DNA of 64,000 bases from Minisyncoccota bacterium (GCA_022841645.1 JALHRC010000002.1:36846-100845); one strand, 5' to 3'. Shown: positions 20,405-30,267, counted from the stretch's first letter. Numbers and translations: made by a program. The notes: generated by a model not told the origin, from the letters alone.

Positions 20405-21763
20405 ATGCTCTCGCGCCTTTTTTTGTTGCTGCGCCAGGGGCTCGGTGCTATCTACCAGCACGGCGAATTGTGGCTCGTCGTGATTCTCGCCGTTGTAATT
20501 CCTTTTGGTTTACTTTTTGTGGTTTACCGCACCACGACTGTAGCCGACTCAGCCCTCGAGCAGGTCGAAATCGAGCGCCTAGATGCCATCCATGAGGCAA
20601 TTGAAAATCGTCTCCGCACCGGGGTGACGGGTAGTGTGCCACTTTCTGTTGAGTTACATGCCCTCGCTTCCACCTCGCCTGATTTGCGCACCCTCGCCGT
20701 CGCTACCGAGGCCTCGGTCGACACTTTGTTACTCGTCGCTGCCACGGGCCAATTGTCATCTTCAGTAGGGACAGTAGTTACCTCCGTCAGTGAACGCTAC
20801 CGCACCGCGCTCACGCTTCCCGGGGAAATTTTCGTGCACAAACTGAGGGTAGGGGAGGAGCGCGTATGGCTTACCTATAGTGCAGTAACCAGTCCCGCTG
20901 GCACCACGTACTATATTCACTCCGAACTCTCGCGTGCTCGCTTTGACGCTGCCTTAGAGGCCGAGCGGACACCCATCTATGCCCTTTCCGGTGTGCACGC
21001 TGGCTTCATTCTCCTCTGTGCCTACCTGGTGGCAGCTGGGCTTGCCTCACGCGGTCGCCTCAAGGAGGCGACCGCCCGTCTACGCGAGGAGTCGCTTTTA
21101 ACCAGTCTCGTCGTCCATGAACTGCGCGCACCACTTACTGGTATCAGGGGTTACGCGAGTATGATTGAGGAAAACAGTGTGTTGCCCGCTCTCGTACGCA
21201 CGCAGGCGACCAATATAAAACAGTCTTCAGTACGTTTGGTCTCGCTCGTCAGTGATTTCCTCGAGGCCGCCCGACTACGCGCCGAAATTGCTCCTCCCAT
21301 ACTGGCTCCTACCGACCTTCATAGTGTCGTGAAGCGAGTAGTAGCGGAACTAGCACCAGTGGCTGAGGAGAAGCACCTCACTCTTTTTGTGGCCGCCACT
21401 GAGCCCCTTCCTTTAGTGATGGGAAACGAAAAGCACCTCACACAAATCGTCACGAATCTCGTAGGTAACGCTATTAAGTACACCAGAGAGGGGCGCATTG
21501 AGGTTGCCCTCGTAGACGACTCCTTCTCCCTCGAGCTACGCATCAAAGACACGGGGCTTGGTATGTCAGCGGCCGATCAGGCTCGTCTCTTTGCACCGTT
21601 TTCGCGCGTCGGCGATGCCGCTACCCAGAGCATCACCGGCACGGGCCTCGGCATGTGGATTACAAAACTTATGGTGGAGCAGCTCGGTGGCACTATCGGA
21701 GTAGAATCCATTAAGGGTATCGGCACACATGTGGTGGTGCGGTTTAAGAAAGCTCAAAAATAG
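20405..21763 (+). CDS. Membrane sensor histidine kinase (HisKA + HATPase)
   Basis: HELRAPLT H-box, NLVGNAIKYT N-box, DTGLGM G1 and GTGLGM G2; two TMs. Confidence 0.92.
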   Translation: MLSRLFLLLRQGLGAIYQHGELWLVVILAVVIPFGLLFVVYRTTTVADSALEQVEIERLDAIHEAIENRLRTGVTGSVPLSVELHALASTSPDLRTLAVATEASVDTLLLVAATGQLSSSVGTVVTSVSERYRTALTLPGEIFVHKLRVGEERVWLTYSAVTSPAGTTYYIHSELSRARFDAALEAERTPIYALSGVHAGFILLCAYLVAAGLASRGRLKEATARLREESLLTSLVVHELRAPLTGIRGYASMIEENSVLPALVRTQATNIKQSSVRLVSLVSDFLEAARLRAEIAPPILAPTDLHSVVKRVVAELAPVAEEKHLTLFVAATEPLPLVMGNEKHLTQIVTNLVGNAIKYTREGRIEVALVDDSFSLELRIKDTGLGMSAADQARLFAPFSRVGDAATQSITGTGLGMWITKLMVEQLGGTIGVESIKGIGTHVVVRFKKAQK

Positions 21764-21790
21764 GCTATACTACGCCGATTTCATCATATT

Positions 21791-24445
21791 ATGGCCAGCG
21801 GACCAGCAAAAAAGCGCTCCACGACCTCGTGGGAGATGAGTGAAAGGCGTGCCAAAGACGCCAAGATTATTGTTCGTGGCGCCCGCACCCACAACCTAAA
21901 GAACATTACCGTCGAGATGCCACGGGGCGCGATGATCGCTGTCACCGGCCCTTCAGGCTCAGGGAAATCATCGCTCGCCTTTGATACCATCTTTGCCGAA
22001 GGGCAGCGTCGCTACGTCGAATCACTTTCGCCCTACGCGCGCCAGTTTCTCAACAAAATGCAAAAGCCCGATGTCGACGAAATCGCCGGCCTCTCACCTG
22101 CCATCTCGATTGATCAAAAGTCAGCTTCACGCAATCCCCGTTCAACCGTCGCAACCATCACTGAAATTTACGACTACTTGCGCATCCTCTACGCGCGCGT
22201 CGGCCAGCCGTACTGTCTCGATGTTGATGTGCCAATCCAAAAGCTTTCCCAAGACGAAATCTTGGGGATGATTTTGAAGTCGATCGAAGAACGTGAGGTC
22301 GAGAACGCCAAGAAGGATGCCCAGAAAGTGATGGGGATCGAACTCTCGAAAGGACGCGTAGCTATCTTTGCGCCCATGGTCGTCGGTCGCAAGGGTGAAT
22401 ACTACCAACTCCTTTACGACCTACTGGGAAAGGGCTATGAGACAGTAAAGATCGACGGGGAAATCAAACGTCTGCGTGAAAAAATTGAGCTCTCCCGCAC
22501 CAAGCGGCATGATATTGATGTGCTCATCGATGATATTTATGTGAGTGAATTTCGGGATGACCCCAAAGGATCGCGCGAACGGCTTTCAGAGGCCATTGAA
22601 CTGGCGTTGCGCGAAGCGAACGGCTTGGTGAAGGTACAAAGTCCCGATGGAAGCGAGCGGACACTTTCAGCCAAGTTTATTTGTCCGGTGGACGGCTCAT
22701 CATTTCCCGAAGTTGAGCCACGGCTTTTTTCATTCAATTCACCCTACGGTGCTTGTCCTGAATGTAACGGCCTTGGCATGATTGGCATCTTTCAAAGTGA
22801 TGTCTGTCCGTCGTGTAAAGGGGCCCGTCTGCGCCCTGAGGCTATGCGCGTCTACCTCGGAGGTGACGGCAAGAGTAATCTTGGCGTCAACATCGTTGGC
22901 TTCACTGCTATGACCGTGAAGGAGGCCACGACGTTTATCGCTGGGCTTAAACTCAGTAAAAAACAGCAGGACATCGCGTGGCCAGCCTTGCGTGAAATTA
23001 TTGAACGCCTCGAGTTTATGAATAATGTGGGCATCGAGTATCTCACCCTCGACCGCCGTGCCAACACCCTTTCGGGTGGTGAAGCACAGCGCATTCGCCT
23101 CGCCTCACAGCTTGGCTCCGGCCTCGTAGGGGCGCTCTATGTGCTCGACGAGCCAACCATCGGCCTCCACCAACGAGACAACGACCGTCTTATCAAGACG
23201 CTCGAGGAGCTGCGTGACCTTGGTAACACCATCATTGTAGTAGAACACGATGAAGACACTATTTTTGCTGCTGATTATCTTATCGACATCGGCCCGGGGG
23301 CTGGAGTTCATGGTGGGGAAGTGGTAGTGGCCGGTTTTTTAAAACCGCTGCTTGACGCTCCCAAGAACACCTCTGGTTCATCAACGTTGGCCTACCTGCG
23401 CGGCGAGAAGCGTATCGAGATCCCTGAACGCCGCACCGCCGAGCGAGGTAGCCTCAAAATCCGTGGTGGCAAAGCCAATAATATTAAAAATCTCAATGTT
23501 GATATTCCGCTCGGGCGCCTCATCTGCGTCACCGGTGTCTCAGGTTCAGGCAAGTCGACCTTCATGTATGACATTGTTGACCGCAATTTAAAGTCTCGCC
23601 TCGAAAAGCGCTACCGTACACCGCATACGTACAATTGCGCGAGCTTCTCGGGTACCGAGTATGTTAACCGTTCAATACTGATTGATCAGTCGCCCATTGG
23701 CCGCACACCACGTAGCAATCCGGCTACCTACACGGGAGCGTTTTCTCACATTCGTGACCTCTTTGCCGCCTCAGGTGAAGCGCGCGCTCGCGGATGGAAG
23801 CCTGGACGCTTTAGCTTCAACGTAAAAGGTGGCCGCTGCGAGGCTTGCCAGGGAAATGGCGAAATTGCCGTCGAAATGCACTTCCTCCCGACCGTGTATG
23901 TCACCTGTGACGTGTGTGACGGCAAGCGCTTTACCAAGGAGACGCTCGAAGTCACCTACAAAAAGAAAAACATCGATCAAATACTCCATATGACCATCGA
24001 GGAGGCGCACCAGTTCTTTGCCGACGTGCCCTCGATCGAAGAACGCCTCAAGACGCTGCTTGATGTAGGCTTGGGCTACCTAGAGCTCGGACAAAGCGCC
24101 ACCACGCTCTCGGGTGGCGAGGCACAACGAGTAAAAATTGCTTCAGAACTCTATAAGCCACACACGCAGAAAACCATTTACCTCCTCGATGAGCCCACCA
24201 TTGGTCTTCACTATGATGACGTAAAAAAGCTGATTGAAATTCTTCAGCAGCTTGTAAGTAAGGGCAACACTGTGATGGTGATCGAGCACAACCTTGATCT
24301 CATTAAGTGTGCTGACTACATTATCGATATCGGGCCCGAAGGTGGCGTGGGTGGCGGAGACGTGGTGGCCAAGGGAACTCCCGAAGAAGTGGCTGAAAGC
24401 AAAAAATCCCACACTGGGAAGTATCTGGCGAAAGTACTTCGCTAA
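21791..24445 (+). CDS. uvrA: Excinuclease ABC subunit A (short form)
   Basis: Two ABC cassettes ([16 protein letters not shown]), LSGGEAQR twice, zinc-finger motifs. Confidence 0.97.
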   Translation: MASGPAKKRSTTSWEMSERRAKDAKIIVRGARTHNLKNITVEMPRGAMIAVTGPSGSGKSSLAFDTIFAEGQRRYVESLSPYARQFLNKMQKPDVDEIAGLSPAISIDQKSASRNPRSTVATITEIYDYLRILYARVGQPYCLDVDVPIQKLSQDEILGMILKSIEEREVENAKKDAQKVMGIELSKGRVAIFAPMVVGRKGEYYQLLYDLLGKGYETVKIDGEIKRLREKIELSRTKRHDIDVLIDDIYVSEFRDDPKGSRERLSEAIELALREANGLVKVQSPDGSERTLSAKFICPVDGSSFPEVEPRLFSFNSPYGACPECNGLGMIGIFQSDVCPSCKGARLRPEAMRVYLGGDGKSNLGVNIVGFTAMTVKEATTFIAGLKLSKKQQDIAWPALREIIERLEFMNNVGIEYLTLDRRANTLSGGEAQRIRLASQLGSGLVGALYVLDEPTIGLHQRDNDRLIKTLEELRDLGNTIIVVEHDEDTIFAADYLIDIGPGAGVHGGEVVVAGFLKPLLDAPKNTSGSSTLAYLRGEKRIEIPERRTAERGSLKIRGGKANNIKNLNVDIPLGRLICVTGVSGSGKSTFMYDIVDRNLKSRLEKRYRTPHTYNCASFSGTEYVNRSILIDQSPIGRTPRSNPATYTGAFSHIRDLFAASGEARARGWKPGRFSFNVKGGRCEACQGNGEIAVEMHFLPTVYVTCDVCDGKRFTKETLEVTYKKKNIDQILHMTIEEAHQFFADVPSIEERLKTLLDVGLGYLELGQSATTLSGGEAQRVKIASELYKPHTQKTIYLLDEPTIGLHYDDVKKLIEILQQLVSKGNTVMVIEHNLDLIKCADYIIDIGPEGGVGGGDVVAKGTPEEVAESKKSHTGKYLAKVLR

Positions 24446-24453
24446 ATCACCAA

Positions 24454-24481
24454 GGGCGCGCAAGCCTTCGCCAGCGCGCCC
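24454..24481. terminator. GC-rich hairpin between convergent genes
   Basis: GGGCGCGC...GCGCGCCC stem. Confidence 0.5.
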
Positions 24482-24487
24482 ACCCGA

Positions 24488-24562
24488 TTACTTAAACCAC
24501 AGCTGCCACATATATAGGGCAAGGCTCGTAAAGCCAATCACGAGCAAGATAAGAAGTACCAT
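24488..24562 (-). CDS. Putative 24-aa single-TM peptide (MVLLILLVIGFTSLALYMWQLWFK)
   Basis: Read by hand on the minus strand; GGAG upstream of ATG; starts 1 nt after the stop of the upstream ORF. Confidence 0.4.
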   Translation of the reverse strand: MVLLILLVIGFTSLALYMWQLWFK

Positions 24563-24563
24563 C

Positions 24564-24752
24564 TCACTCCCCATTGTACCCCCCGGTCCGTTGGTGTGGA
24601 CCTGCGCGCAAAAACTCATCGATCTCACTGGACTTCAGTGGGATGATTTGCCCCGGCGCCCACCCAGACCCATCGTCGACATGAGTGTCCAGGACGAAGA
24701 AGAGTACGGGGATGGTTAGTACACCCAGAACATAGCCGATAATAAAACTCAT
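24564..24752 (-). CDS. Small membrane protein (62 aa, MSFIIGYVLGVL...)
   Basis: GGAGG SD before ATG 24752; TTGACA element upstream on the minus strand (~24821-24826). Confidence 0.5.
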   Translation of the reverse strand: MSFIIGYVLGVLTIPVLFFVLDTHVDDGSGWAPGQIIPLKSSEIDEFLRAGPHQRTGGYNGE

Positions 24753-24827
24753 CGCTCCCTCCGTTTTGCTTGTGCTTTCTATTGGTACTTGCCATAACCA
24801 CAATACAACGCTAGTATATTTTGTCAA

Positions 24828-26075
24828 ATGACTTTTGCGGAATTCAAAGAACAGTGTAAGGACCTCCCAAACGCCCCCGGGGTGTACTTTTTTTATGGTC
24901 CTCGCCATCGCCTCCTCTACATTGGCAAGGCCACTTCACTTAAGAGCCGTACCCGCAGCTACTTCGCTCCCGACCTAAAAGAAAAGCGTAGCGAGCTAAT
25001 CGAAAACATGGTGGCCGAGGCGGTGTCACTAGAGTGGACAGCCACCGACAGTGTACTCGAGGCGCTCATCCTCGAGACTAACCTCATTCGCAGCCACAAG
25101 CCGCGCTACAATACTCGCAGCAAGGACGACAAAAGCTACAACCACTTGGTTATCACGAAGGAGGAGTGGCCTCGAGTCTTGGTCGTCCGCGGCAAGGACC
25201 TACACGAACGCTTTGCCCCAAATGAGATCAGTTATCACTTCGGTCCGTTCCCCAGCGGCGCCTTGTTTCGTGAGGCGCTCAAGATTGTGCGCAAACTCTT
25301 CCAGTTTTACGACACTGAACGCCCGATCGGCAGCGAGACGAGCAAGCTCGCTCGCGGCAAAATCGATTTCAATCGCCAGATCGGCCTCTACCCGCAAGCC
25401 CACGAACGCCAAGAGTACCTACACACCATTCGCCACATCAAGCTCTTCTTCCAGGGCAAGAAGGGGCAGCTTATTAAAGAGCTCGAGGTCACGATGAAAG
25501 CACTCGCCAAGGCTGAACGCTTTGAAGAGGCCCACATCATCAAAAAGCGCATCTTTGCCCTCCAGCATATCCAGGACGTCTCCCTCATCAAGAATGACAC
25601 TGAGCGCTTTATAAGCCCGCACACGGTGCGTATCGAAGCCTACGACGTTGCCCATTTAGGTGGCAGCAACATGGTGGGAGTGATGACCGTGTTCGAAGAT
25701 GGCCAGCCCAAGAAGTCAGATTACCGTAAGTTCACCATCCGCTCCCTTAAGGATGCCAACGACCCAGCCGCCCTTCATGAAGTCCTCAGTCGCCGCCTTA
25801 CGCACCCCGAGTGGCCGTTTCCAACGCTTATTGTAGTCGACGGTGGAGTCGCACAGCGTAATGTCGCCGAAGCACTTATACGTACCCTGGGATTGTCTAT
25901 TCCTGTAGTAGCAGTAGTGAAAGACGATCGTCACAAACCAAAGGATATTCTTGGCGACAGTGCCTTTGTAAAGACCCACAAACTCGAAATTCTCCACGCC
26001 AATGCCGAAGCACACCGCTTCTCGCTCGCTTTTCACCGCGACCGTCGTACCCAGAACTTGCGTAACGCACGCTAA
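24828..26075 (+). CDS. uvrC: Excinuclease ABC subunit C (compact form)
   Basis: GIY-YIG domain (PGVYFF..LYIGKA), UVR motif, RIEAYDVAH, VDGG and EAHRF; no C-terminal HhH. Confidence 0.9.
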   Translation: MTFAEFKEQCKDLPNAPGVYFFYGPRHRLLYIGKATSLKSRTRSYFAPDLKEKRSELIENMVAEAVSLEWTATDSVLEALILETNLIRSHKPRYNTRSKDDKSYNHLVITKEEWPRVLVVRGKDLHERFAPNEISYHFGPFPSGALFREALKIVRKLFQFYDTERPIGSETSKLARGKIDFNRQIGLYPQAHERQEYLHTIRHIKLFFQGKKGQLIKELEVTMKALAKAERFEEAHIIKKRIFALQHIQDVSLIKNDTERFISPHTVRIEAYDVAHLGGSNMVGVMTVFEDGQPKKSDYRKFTIRSLKDANDPAALHEVLSRRLTHPEWPFPTLIVVDGGVAQRNVAEALIRTLGLSIPVVAVVKDDRHKPKDILGDSAFVKTHKLEILHANAEAHRFSLAFHRDRRTQNLRNAR

Positions 26076-26100
26076 GGAGTGAGTGTTATAATGAGGGTAT

Positions 26101-27069
26101 ATGAGTCACAAACGTGTCGCTGTTGTCCGTGGTGGCCCTAGTGCTGAGTACGATGTTTCGCTGCGCACCGGGGCAGGTGTACTCGCCACCCTGCGTAATC
26201 TTGGCTATCCCGCCAAAGACATCATTATCACCAGGGAAGGCGAGTGGCTTGAACAAGGCTTTGTGCGCCGGCCCGAACAAGCGCTCGAAGCGGTGGACGT
26301 AGTATTCATTGCACTGCACGGCGCGTACGGCGAGGATGGCACTATTCAAAAACTGTTTGAGCGTCACCGCATTCCCTTTACCGGCAGTCGCTCGTTTCCC
26401 TCAGCCATTGCCTTCAACAAAATCCTCGCTAAGGAGGCACTCAAAGCCCACGGCATCCGCATGGCCAAACATCGCCATTTGCGCAAAGAAAAATTTTACA
26501 GCGCCGATATGGAAGCCAAGCAGATTATTGACGCCTTTGGCCCCCAGTACATTGTAAAGCCAGTGGCCAGTGGCTCTTCCGTCGGCACCATGTTTGTGCG
26601 CGATACCGCTCTGTTGCCGCAAGCCATTCGTGATGCCTTCACGCAGTCCGATGAAGTGATGGTCGAGGAGTTCATTCGCGGCCGCGAAGCCACCTGCGGT
26701 GTGCTCTCCGACTACCGGGGACAGCCAGTCTACGCGCTGCCGGTGATCGAGATCGTTCCACCTGCTGATGCGGTGTTTTTCCGGGCTGACGTCAAGTACA
26801 ACGGAGCTACCGAGGAGATTTGCCCCGGCCGTTTTAGCTACCACGAAAAGGCGCAGATCGAAGAAATTGCTCGCTTTGTGCACGACGAGCTCGGTCTCGC
26901 CCAGTACTCGCGCAGCGACTTTATTATCCGCGATGGCAAGCCCTATTTCCTTGAGGTAAACACGCTGCCTGGCCTCACTGCCGAATCCCTCTTCCCAAAG
27001 GCCATGCAGGCTGTGGGGGCCAGTTTAGACGAGCTGGTGGTGCACTTGGTGGAGACAGCTACGTGCTAG
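26101..27069 (+). CDS. ddl: D-alanine--D-alanine ligase
   Basis: GGPSAEYDVS, LHGAYGEDG, KPVASGSSVG and LEVNTLPGLT motifs. Confidence 0.95.
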   Translation: MSHKRVAVVRGGPSAEYDVSLRTGAGVLATLRNLGYPAKDIIITREGEWLEQGFVRRPEQALEAVDVVFIALHGAYGEDGTIQKLFERHRIPFTGSRSFPSAIAFNKILAKEALKAHGIRMAKHRHLRKEKFYSADMEAKQIIDAFGPQYIVKPVASGSSVGTMFVRDTALLPQAIRDAFTQSDEVMVEEFIRGREATCGVLSDYRGQPVYALPVIEIVPPADAVFFRADVKYNGATEEICPGRFSYHEKAQIEEIARFVHDELGLAQYSRSDFIIRDGKPYFLEVNTLPGLTAESLFPKAMQAVGASLDELVVHLVETATC

Positions 27070-27167
27070 TAGTGGCATTTGAGTTCGAGTCCCAGACGGC
27101 CAGCATTGACACAATGTATATTATATGGTAATTGTACGTTACCTGCAATCAGGAAGAGAGATCTTTC

Positions 27168-27476
27168 ATGTCCGACAGCCACTTCGTCCTCCTCGAGGCT
27201 GACACCATGCTGGAGAGGCTCGCGGGGGTCTATGACACAGATCATCTCCGCACGAATTTCTACCCGGAATTCACCAAGCATGCTGGTACACAAGCAACGC
27301 CGACGTCGGTCGTGCGAATGATCGAGCTTGCGCTCGGGAATTTCCTCAGAGGTCAGACGCCTGGAGAAAAGCTTTTCTGGCACCAATCGAGCTTTGTCAA
27401 TGGTTGGATTGTTGCGCTCGTTCCCGACGAGACGCTCGCTGCTGAGACCAAGAAGCTCTGGGCAGAGACGCCGTAG
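27168..27476 (+). CDS. Hypothetical protein (102 aa)
   Basis: TTGACA upstream (~27107), purine-rich SD, ATG 27168 and a downstream hairpin. Confidence 0.55.
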   Translation: MSDSHFVLLEADTMLERLAGVYDTDHLRTNFYPEFTKHAGTQATPTSVVRMIELALGNFLRGQTPGEKLFWHQSSFVNGWIVALVPDETLAAETKKLWAETP

Positions 27477-27492
27477 GCGAACAGATGTTCTC

Positions 27493-27522
27493 TGAGCCCG
27501 ATCGCGCGTGCGGTCGGGCTCA
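27493..27522. terminator. Hairpin terminator
   Basis: TGAGCCCGATCGC...GCGGTCGGGCTCA stem. Confidence 0.55.
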
Positions 27523-27659
27523 AACTATTTGTATATTCAAAAAAGTTCGAACATCGTCCCATACAGCCAGCGGTTACTAAATTCACTACGCTCATAGGTA
27601 CTGCTGGACGCGGCTCGTGGTTACTCGCGCCAGGAACGCGCTCGTAACAACACTCCGCC

Positions 27660-27772
27660 GGTTCGAATCCTCACGCACAGTGCACTGGCACTGTGCTTCG
27701 GGTCCACGAACAAAAAACGCACCCTTGTGGGGTGCTGCTTTTTGTACTCGTGGACCCGAGAGGATTCGAACC
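27660..27772. repeat. Inverted copy of the tRNA-Ala(TGC) 3' end with nested hairpins
   Basis: GGTTCGAATCCTC (27660-27672) and TCGGGTCCACGA (27698-27709) are the reverse complements of 27760-27772 and 27748-27759. Confidence 0.8.
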
Positions 27773-27823
27773 CCCCGCCTCCTCAGTGCAAATGAGGCGC
27801 TCTACCAAATGAGCTACGGGCCC
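27751..27823 (-). tRNA. tRNA-Ala (TGC); CCA not encoded
   Basis: Cloverleaf GGGCCCGTAGCTCA...TTTGCAC...GGTTCGAATCC..CGGGTCCA; G3:U70 Ala identity pair. Confidence 0.96.
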
Positions 27824-27974
27824 GATGAGAACCGATGTATCATACCGTACAAGGCGTTGTCGTCAAGTCAACAAAACGAGTTGGCATAGTGGTATACGGC
27901 GCTCCACATGTGTTATATAACTGTTTAAATCCATTCCTTTTAGGCACATGTTCGCTTAACTGAGATCTCCAACT

Positions 27975-28298
27975 TTAGATCACGTCGATTTTTTGATTAG
28001 TACGCCTCGTTCTTATCCATATAACCATCAAAGCTATAATTGGTAGGATGTAAAATACATTTACGACAAACTTTCTATCAACGCTACAATCAGGACCAAT
28101 GATGCCATTATATGGGTAAAAAGTTGTGTACGGTTTCCACCCAGGTTCTGTGGAGAAGTTAAGACTCCACTGGGTGTTAGTGAATGAAGTACTCCAGTCT
28201 ATATCTCCATTTGGTAGACGTGGAGGAGAACAGCTGTACGTGAGGGAAGGGAGAATAAGAGGCAAAAGCATAATAATCGCCAAGAAAAGTTTTCTCAT
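27975..28298 (-). CDS. Hypothetical small protein with signal peptide and C-terminal TM
   Basis: AT-rich ORF; hydrophobic N- and C-termini; Cys pair. Confidence 0.55.
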   Translation of the reverse strand: MRKLFLAIIMLLPLILPSLTYSCSPPRLPNGDIDWSTSFTNTQWSLNFSTEPGWKPYTTFYPYNGIIGPDCSVDRKFVVNVFYILPIIALMVIWIRTRRTNQKIDVI

Positions 28299-28612
28299 GC
28301 CCCAATCCTATCACGGTACTTCTGTATGAGGTCATTACAAAGAACAAAGGTGGTGCCAGCCAAAAACTGATACCACCTTATCGTCTTTCCGATTGTCACC
28401 CTGGCTTGCGCGGTTAACGTAGGGTTAACGGACAGATGCATGCTTACTCGGGCCGTTTTTACCTCTACAGACAATCCGTAGCTACCGAAGCCTCCTGACA
28501 AGTGTCTTTATAATAGCTGCTTCTTGCAATACTTCAACGCTGCCTAACAGCAAACGAGGTTCCAATGCCACCAATGACAACTGGCTGCGATTTGTTAAGA
28601 TACACATAAGAT

Positions 28613-29092
28613 ATGAGTTTAGAAAATCCAGAACGGTTCACACCTGAAAAACAGGAACTTCTTCGACTAGAGGCAACAGGTGATTATGTATTTCACGGAT
28701 CAGATAGTGATATAGAGGAATTTGAACCGCGACAAGCACATAACTTTATTGATGGTGAAAACCATCCTGACGGTGATCCAGCAGTCTTTGCTTCTTCTGT
28801 TGCAGAGTATGCAATATTCATGGCGTTAATAAATAAAACTAATTGCCCTAAGGGATATCGATCAGGAGCAGAGGCTACCAACGGAAGGAGTACTTACAGA
28901 GCAACACGAGATACACTTGATCAGTTACAAAATGATGCAGCGGGGTGGGTCTATGTGTTTGATAGAGGTCAATTTAACAGCCGAAAAAGCGAAGGAATAG
29001 AATATACAAGCTCTACCAATGTAAAGCCCCTAGAGAAAATTAGGGTTTCCAGAGTAGATCTTCCCCCAAATATAGATATCATTGAGGAATAA
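28613..29092 (+). CDS. Hypothetical protein with a YVFHGS motif
   Basis: 159-aa AT-rich ORF; FHGS...FEPRQ...VFAS...GWVYVF pattern. Confidence 0.7.
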   Translation: MSLENPERFTPEKQELLRLEATGDYVFHGSDSDIEEFEPRQAHNFIDGENHPDGDPAVFASSVAEYAIFMALINKTNCPKGYRSGAEATNGRSTYRATRDTLDQLQNDAAGWVYVFDRGQFNSRKSEGIEYTSSTNVKPLEKIRVSRVDLPPNIDIIEE

Positions 29093-29190
29093 TAGTTCCA
29101 CTCGTCATTACCGACTGGAAGGCAAAATAGGGCTTATTCTAATCAAACGGTCCTTGCTCTGGCTGTTTTGCTGCACGAGAAACTTAAGTC

Positions 29191-29220
29191 ACCACTGTTA
29201 TCATATATGATAACAGTGGT
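29191..29220. repeat. Perfect 30-bp loopless palindrome
   Basis: ACCACTGTTATCATA|TATGATAACAGTGGT. Confidence 0.85.
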
Positions 29221-29307
29221 CTCAAAAAACTTTTTGTTAGCTTTGTGCTGGCTGTTAATGCTTTTCAACTGCTGACTTATTTCGTATACTGCCCGCGCCG
29301 TTAGCAA

Positions 29308-29380
29308 GGGCCCTTAGCTCATCCGGTAGAGCGCTTCCATGGCATGGAAGAGGTGAGCGGTTCAAGTCCGCTAGGGTCCA
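29308..29380 (+). tRNA. tRNA-Ala (GGC); CCA not encoded
   Basis: GGGCCCTTAGCTCA...CTTCC ATGGCAT GGAAG...GGTTCAAGTCC..AGGGTCCA; G3:U70. Confidence 0.96.
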
Positions 29381-29414
29381 CGAGTATATTTCACGGAGCA
29401 AATATTTGTACAAA

Positions 29415-29432
29415 ATACCCCCCAGGGGGTAT
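29415..29432. promoter_or_regulatory. CsoR/RcnR-type operator overlapping the -10 element
   Basis: ATACCCCC-CA-GGGGGTAT inverted repeat with C/G tracts typical of this repressor family; overlaps TATAAT 29430-29435; directly precedes the csoR-like gene. Confidence 0.85.
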
Positions 29433-29442
29433 AATTGTGTGT

Positions 29443-29706
29443 ATGAAAGAGTCACACAAAAAGCTAGTTCGTCGCCTCAAAATTATCGAAGGGCAAGTAC
29501 GTGGACTGCAAGGCATGATTGAGAAAGACACATATTGTATTGATGTCATCACGCAGACCTCAGCCATCAAGCAAGCTCTTTCAAATATTGAAAATGTACT
29601 CTTGGAAGAACATCTTTCTCACTGTGTAGTTAATCAGATAAAGTCGGGTAACGTAACAAAGCCAGTCGGAGAAATACTACAGGTGTATCGGTTAAAGCGT
29701 AAATAG
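29443..29706 (+). CDS. csoR: CsoR/RcnR family metal-sensing repressor
   Basis: RRLKIIEGQVRGL, YCIDVITQ and EEHLSHCV (Cys-His-Cys ligand set); start moved to ATG 29443. Confidence 0.88.
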   Translation: MKESHKKLVRRLKIIEGQVRGLQGMIEKDTYCIDVITQTSAIKQALSNIENVLLEEHLSHCVVNQIKSGNVTKPVGEILQVYRLKRK

Positions 29707-29707
29707 T

Positions 29708-30256
29708 ATGGAACATAATCACTCAACATCAAGTGCAATAAAAATTCATCACGTAGCAAAAGTAAGTGTGTGGTCATACTGGCCGATCACTACCATATAC
29801 TTGGTGGCGGCACTTATTTCGCTTTATTCGGTACAATTTCACGCCTACCCTGACTATATGTCACACCTTATGGGCTGGGTTCTGATATTCTTTGGGGTCA
29901 TCAAGCTATCCGATGTAGTTGGATTTGCAGAGGGATTTGCAATGTACGATCCACTGGCAAAACGAAACATCGTTTATGCTCAGGTATACCCTTTCTTAGA
30001 GATCACTCTCGGTATTCTCTTTATACTTCAAGTTCTGATTCTACCTGCTACTCTCATCACTTTGTTTATCTATAGTGCTAGCCTTATCGGCGCTTTACAG
30101 TCAATGGTTAAAAAAGAAACCCTGCACTGCGTGTGTCTCGGGACCTACTTCAAACTTCCGCTCTCGACCGTCACCATTATTGAGGCAATCTTTATGATAA
30201 TGATGTGTCTTTGGATGTTAGCAATGTTTAACAGTATGACCATGATGGTTATGTAA
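29708..30256 (+). CDS. MauE/DoxX-family membrane protein (heavy-metal associated)
   Basis: GFAEGFAMYDPLA, YPFLEI and CVCLGT motifs; multi-TM. Confidence 0.8.
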   Translation: MEHNHSTSSAIKIHHVAKVSVWSYWPITTIYLVAALISLYSVQFHAYPDYMSHLMGWVLIFFGVIKLSDVVGFAEGFAMYDPLAKRNIVYAQVYPFLEITLGILFILQVLILPATLITLFIYSASLIGALQSMVKKETLHCVCLGTYFKLPLSTVTIIEAIFMIMMCLWMLAMFNSMTMMVM

Positions 30257-30267
30257 TAAAATAATTT

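Noticed and set aside
15722-24828. LexA/SOS boxes upstream of the uvr genes
   Set aside because: No shared palindrome was recognisable upstream of uvrB, uvrA and uvrC.
27617-27889. 90-aa plus-strand ORF
   Set aside because: It spans the tRNA-Ala(TGC) gene and its inverted-repeat element, so it is probably spurious.
28295-28560. Possible pseudogene fragment (ORF 28295..28501)
   Set aside because: It has no convincing start or motif and cannot be supported from the sequence alone.
29344-29442. N-terminal extension of csoR in the ORF track
   Set aside because: It overlaps tRNA-Ala(GGC) and the operator/promoter; the likely start is ATG 29443.
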